Under the pieces are notes generated by a model that searched no databases, was not told the DNA's origin, and saw nothing but the letters and a program-made list of their open reading frames with translations. Below are positions 42,265 to 64,000 of a DNA stretch of 64,000 nucleotides, piece by piece (position 1 is the stretch's first letter; every line of letters begins with the position of its first letter). The stretch comes from the human T2T-CHM13v2.0 reference genome, Homo sapiens, in the NCBI RefSeq assembly GCF_009914755.1, contig NC_060941.1, one strand, 5' to 3'. Both the position numbers and the translations under genes were made by a program.

Positions 42265-43271
42265 CTACCACTTAGCCTCAGACCGCCTGGTGATTACAGG
42301 CGCCAGGGATGGAAAGGGGAGAGGAGGGAGGAAGAAAGGGGTGGGGGTACACTCCCATTCAGACACCTATTTTTATGCCCCATTAATTTGGGGGTCCTTT
42401 CTGATCCCCATGGAGAAGCAGGAGGTGGTTGGGAGAGGTGGCACGGCAGGGACAGACGCAGAGGTGCTGTGACAGACAGATGCAGTCACATTTCACTATG
42501 GCAATGCCCGACAACTTGGCGCCAGGCTGGACACCGCTGGGGATTCCTTTGTATTTTAGAATGAGAATTGAAGTGCCCAAGATGTAAACTTTCAAAGAAT
42601 ACTCTATTTTTTTAGAATAAGAAACTTTATTATTCAGGGAAATGTTAGATTCTCATTAAATGGTCTGATAGTTCCTGTCCCCTGTTATGAAGATGATTGT
42701 AATTGATTAATTATGCTGTGTCAGGTAAATGCTAGAGACTTTTACATGTTGTCTCATTTCACTTAATCACGTCAAAGATCTTTTTTTTGGGGGACAGAGT
42801 CTCACTCTCTCGCCCAGGGTGGAGTGCAGTGGCGCAATCTCGGCTCACTGCAACTCTGCCTCCTGGGTTGAAGTGATTTTCCTGCCTCAGCCTCCCAAGT
42901 AGCTGGGACTACAGGCGTACACCACCATGCCCAGCTAATTTTTTTGTATTTTTAGTAGAGACGGGGTTTCACCATGTTAGCCAGGCTAGTCTCGAACTCC
43001 TGACCTCAGGCAATCCACCCGCCTTGTCCTCCCAAAGTGCTGGGATTACAGGTGTGAGCCACCGCACCCGGCCTCAAAGATCTTTTGAGGTAAGTCCCTC
43101 ACTGGTTAGGTGAGTCTATCCTGGTTTTACAGATGTGAAAAAGCAGGCACTGAGAGGTAAGGTAATTTGCCCAAGGTCACGCAGGCAGTTATTAGCCGAG
43201 TAGGAACCATGCCCAGCTCACAACCCTCACCTTGAGTCAGTCTGACCCCAAAAATCTATTGTTTTTTTTAA

Positions 43272-43487
<216 letters not shown>

Positions 43488-44016
43488 TAGCCAGGATGGT
43501 CTCGATCTCCTGAGCTCGTGATCCGGCCACCTCGGCCTCCCAAAGTGCTGGGATTACAGGCATGAGACACAGCACCCGGCCTTTTTTTAATTTTTGAGAT
43601 GGAGTCTTGCTCTGTTGTCCAGGCTGGATTACAGTGGTGCAATCTCGTCTCACTGCAACCTCCGTCTCCAGGGCTCAAGCGAGTCTCCTGTCCCAGCCTC
43701 CCAAGTAGCTGGGATTACAGGCACCCGCCACCATCCCCAGCCACATTTTGTATTTTTAGTAGAGATGGGCTTTCACCACGTTGGCCAGGCTGTTCTCCAA
43801 CTCCTGACCTCAAGTGATCTGCCTGCCTCAGCCTCCCAAAGTGCTGGGATTACAGGCATCAGCCACCACACCCAGCCCAGAATCTACTCTTTTGACCAGT
43901 ACACTGAGCTTCTGAAGCATGTCCCCAAGCAAGCATCGATGCCCTCAGACAGTTTGGGGTGGCCAGAGCCAAGGCTGGGAGCATCTAGTCAAGAGCATCC
44001 TAGCCAAGGACTCTAA

Positions 44017-44265
<249 letters not shown>

Positions 44266-44749
44266 TAGCCAGGATGGTCTCGATATCGTGACCTCGTGAT
44301 CTGCCCTCCTCAGCCTCGCAAAGTGCTGGGATTCCAAGCGTGAGCCACTGCGCCCAGCCACAAGTGCTGTTTCATCATTCCCTGAGGGTGCCACAACGTG
44401 GGGAGTGTTAGGTTGCTGATTACAGGGTACTGCCTGAGTTACACAGAAATGTTTCTTTCTTTTTTTTTTTTTTTTGAGACAGTCTCACTCTGTCACCAGG
44501 CCGGAGTGTAGTGGCACTGTCCCGGCTCACTGCAATTTCTGACTCCCTGGTTCAAATGATTCTCCTGCCTCAGCCTCCCGAGTAGTACGCATCACCACAC
44601 TCAGCTAATTTTTTGTATTTTTAGTAGAGACGGGGTTCACCATGTTAGCCAAGATGGTCTCGATCTCCTGACCTCGTGATCTGCCCGCCTCGGCCTCCCA
44701 AAGTGCTGGGATTACAGGTGTGAGCCACCGCGCCCCGCCTTCTTTTTCT

Positions 44750-46290
<1,541 letters not shown>

Positions 46291-46559
46291 AATCTGCTTT
46301 TTAAAAAAGATTGAAATATCTTGTATTTTAATACCCGAAAAAATTTTATTTCCCCCTAGACTGCCAATTCCAGCTGAGCAGGCTCTCTAACCATCTTATT
46401 TACTACCATACTCTCAATTTCTGGCACGGAGTAAGCGCGCAATAAATGTTTGGTGAATGAATGAAAGAATGCCCGCTTTCATACACTAATGGGTTTGTAG
46501 CCACCACCCCTCAGGCCTTTTACGCCCTCATTCCTTCCAGGTACAAACGCTATCTGGGC

Positions 46560-47480
46560 TAGGCCAAATGTGGCTCGCAGCGGGTCCGGGAGCGGGGCAC
46601 CTACCGGCAGCTCCCGCAGCGGAGGCGCGTCCCCCGGGCGCCGAGGCAGCGCCCGCGGCTGGAGGGGCCCGGGGCGGGCGCCGAGCCCGAGGGATGCGCG
46701 CAGCGCGGGGTGCCCCGGGAGGCAGCGGCCGGGCACGCTGGGACCGACGGCGCGGGACGCCCCGACGCCGGGCAGCACTTACCCGCCGCACCGAGAGAGC
46801 TACGCGGCCCCGCGGCCCTGCAGGGCACAGGGCGGCCCCCTGCCCGGGGCTCTCGGTGGCGCACTGGGCGGCGGGGCGGGCCGAGGGCAGCGGGGGCGGG
46901 ACAGGACAGACGAGAATCCCGCGGAGGTGAGGCCGGGGGCCGCCCCGCCCCCGAGGGCAGGCCCTGAGCCCCGGCCCCGCCTCGGCCGGCCCCGCCTCGG
47001 CCGGGGCGTGGGCTCCGGCTGCAGCTCCGGTCTGCTCTCTTGGCTCGGGAACCCCCGCGGGCGCTGGCTCCGTCTGCCAGGGTGAGGGGGCCGGGAAGGG
47101 GCGCGCGGGGGTCCCGGGTCTCGGAAATCGGGCGGGGACGGAACGGGCTCGGGCTGCGGGGCCTCCAGACTCAGTCGCACGCTCAGATTTCGGGATTTCT
47201 ACCCCCGGCTGGGATCGCGTAACTTCCTCATTCCCGCCTGGACCCCTGCCCCCGGCCCGCCTGGCCTGGCGTGAGCCCCGTAGCCGCGCGCTCTCCGGAC
47301 CACCCAGGGCCGCTTCCCCGCGCAGCTGCTGCGCCGCCCCAGGTCGGAGCCTTCCGGGCCTGGCTGGGTGTTCCCCGGGGCTCTGTTACGGGACGGGGCG
47401 GGGGGCGGGGGGCGGGACTGGGATTGTGGATGAAGGACTAAGGTAGGGGATGGGGGCTCGAAGGGGTCGGTGGGGCGTTG
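46560..47480. promoter_or_regulatory. PLD2 CpG-island promoter with non-coding exon 1 (donor after 47081) and GC boxes/G4-like tracts
   Basis: Extreme CpG density; several GGGGCGGGG motifs; CAGG|GTGAGG donor at 47082; G-run cluster at 47395-47423. Confidence 0.85.
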
Positions 47481-47627
47481 CAAACTGGTCAGGCGTCATC
47501 CGCGGGCGGTCAGGAGTCCGTGGGGGAAGAGGAGGATCTGGAAGAGATGGAGGACCTGCGGGAGTTAGGATGGGGGGCGGGTTCTGCAGGACAGCTCGCC
47601 TCCCTGAGGCTTCCCAATGTTCCTAGG

Positions 47628-62724
<15,097 letters not shown>

Positions 62725-63271
62725 TTGAGGCCCCCGTCAGGGAGAGGTCACCAGCTGCTGTGCCCCACCACGTCTGGCTCCCTGCCCCTTAACCCCAAGG
62801 ACTGAGGGCAGTGCCCTTTGAGATCTGGGGAGGCAGGCATTCCTGAAGGGAACTAGAGGTGTTACAGAGGACCCTTACGTGAGAAATAGCTGAAAAGGGC
62901 ACTCCCAACCCTGGGCTGGGGAGGAGGAGAGAGTCCCAGAGCTCATCCCCCCTGCTGCCCAGTGCAAACCACTTCTCCATGCTGCAAAGGAGAAGCACAG
63001 CTCCTGCCAGGGTGAGCAGGGTCAAGCCTCTTATTCCAGGAGAAGGGGGCTCTGCCCCAGGCCCTACTACCCATTGTTCCCTTCCTCTTCCTGCCCTTGA
63101 ACCCCCTCCCTGTCCCAGGGCCCTCCCAGCCCATTGCTGCCAAGGTGGAGGGAAGGATAAAGCCACTTCTGGCTTCAGCCCCCACCAGGGGAAGGAAGGA
63201 GGGCACATTAACTCCCTCCACCAGCCTGCTGACAGACACTAACTTTGTATCCGTTCAATAAGCATTTCATA

Positions 63272-63277
63272 AATAAA
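63272..63277 (+). terminator. PLD2 polyadenylation signal
   Basis: AATAAA about 550 nt after the stop. Confidence 0.75.
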
Positions 63278-64000
63278 GGTGTAGAAAAGGTTCATGCGTC
63301 TTCCTTGGAGGAACTAACTGCTCGTTCCAGCCTCCTCCCGTTCCTGCCCACACGGGGCACCAGTCCCCTTCACCTTATCTCCACCCTCCTCCACTCTCCT
63401 CTCTCCACCTCTGTTCTACCTATCTGTGGCTTCGGGAGCTCGGTCACCTGGCTCCTGAGAGGAGAAGGTGTTGACACAGTGCCGCCTGGGTAGAAGGACG
63501 GGCAGGGCCCAACCAGGGCACCTGGAGAACTGTGGAGCTGCTATCACAACCGCAGGTGAGGGAGATGCTCTGAGAAGGACCTAGAGAGGCTGCCTCTTGT
63601 TCAAGCAACAGCCCTGGTAGAGGCTTAATGAAGGCCCTGTGGGAGTGGTTGAGGGTATAGGCTTAAGGTCAGGAAGACCTGGACCCAAATCCTGGACTCC
63701 TCAATGAGAAGCTAGGTGAACTTGTCAAGTCATTCACTTCTCTGGGCCTCAGTGGTCCCCGCTGGGAAATGGGAATAATACTTACATGACTAGCTTGCTG
63801 TCAAGACTCAGCCATTGACTTAAATATTTATTGATTCCCTGCTATTTGCCAGCTCTGTTCTAGACTCACAGAAGTGAGTGCAACAAAGTCCTCACCCGTA
63901 TGGCACTTCTGTTCTGGAGACTCACTGTCCAGTACAGTAGCCACTAGCCACTAGCCATGTTTGGCTATTTCTTTTTCTATTTATTATTATTATTATTTTT

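Noticed and set aside
46479-47483. Several overlapping 85-171 aa ORFs in the PLD2 promoter
   Set aside because: Stop-codon depletion in a CpG island; low-complexity translations.

Overview
Human (primate) genomic DNA, very Alu-rich (about 90 Alu copies or fragments by rough manual count), recognisable as the chr17p13.2 cluster. Six spliced protein-coding genes can be rebuilt exon by exon with GT-AG junctions and intact frames: TM4SF5 (+, 197 aa), VMO1 (-, 202 aa), GLTPD2 (+, 291 aa), PSMB6 (+, 239 aa), the 79-aa C17orf114 microprotein (-) and PLD2 (+, 933 aa). Most ORF-track entries are Alu/L1 artefacts. No bacterial-type systems, CRISPR arrays, tRNA or rRNA genes are seen. The best leads are: (1) C17orf114 looks like an N-terminally acylated, PDZ-ligand-ended micro-adaptor, probably driven head-to-head from the PLD2 CpG island; (2) a 57-bp tandem duplication of the PLD2 exon-3 donor offers an in-frame +19-aa basic insert in the PX domain; (3) a cluster of nuclear-receptor direct repeats in PLD2 intron 10; (4) a fossil inversion and near-spacerless inverted Alu pair upstream of PSMB6; (5) a young AluYb8 in a thrice-used target site; (6) an 85%-identical inverted duplication bracketing the PLD2 5' half. 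Gene names and reference alleles come from recall, not database searches.
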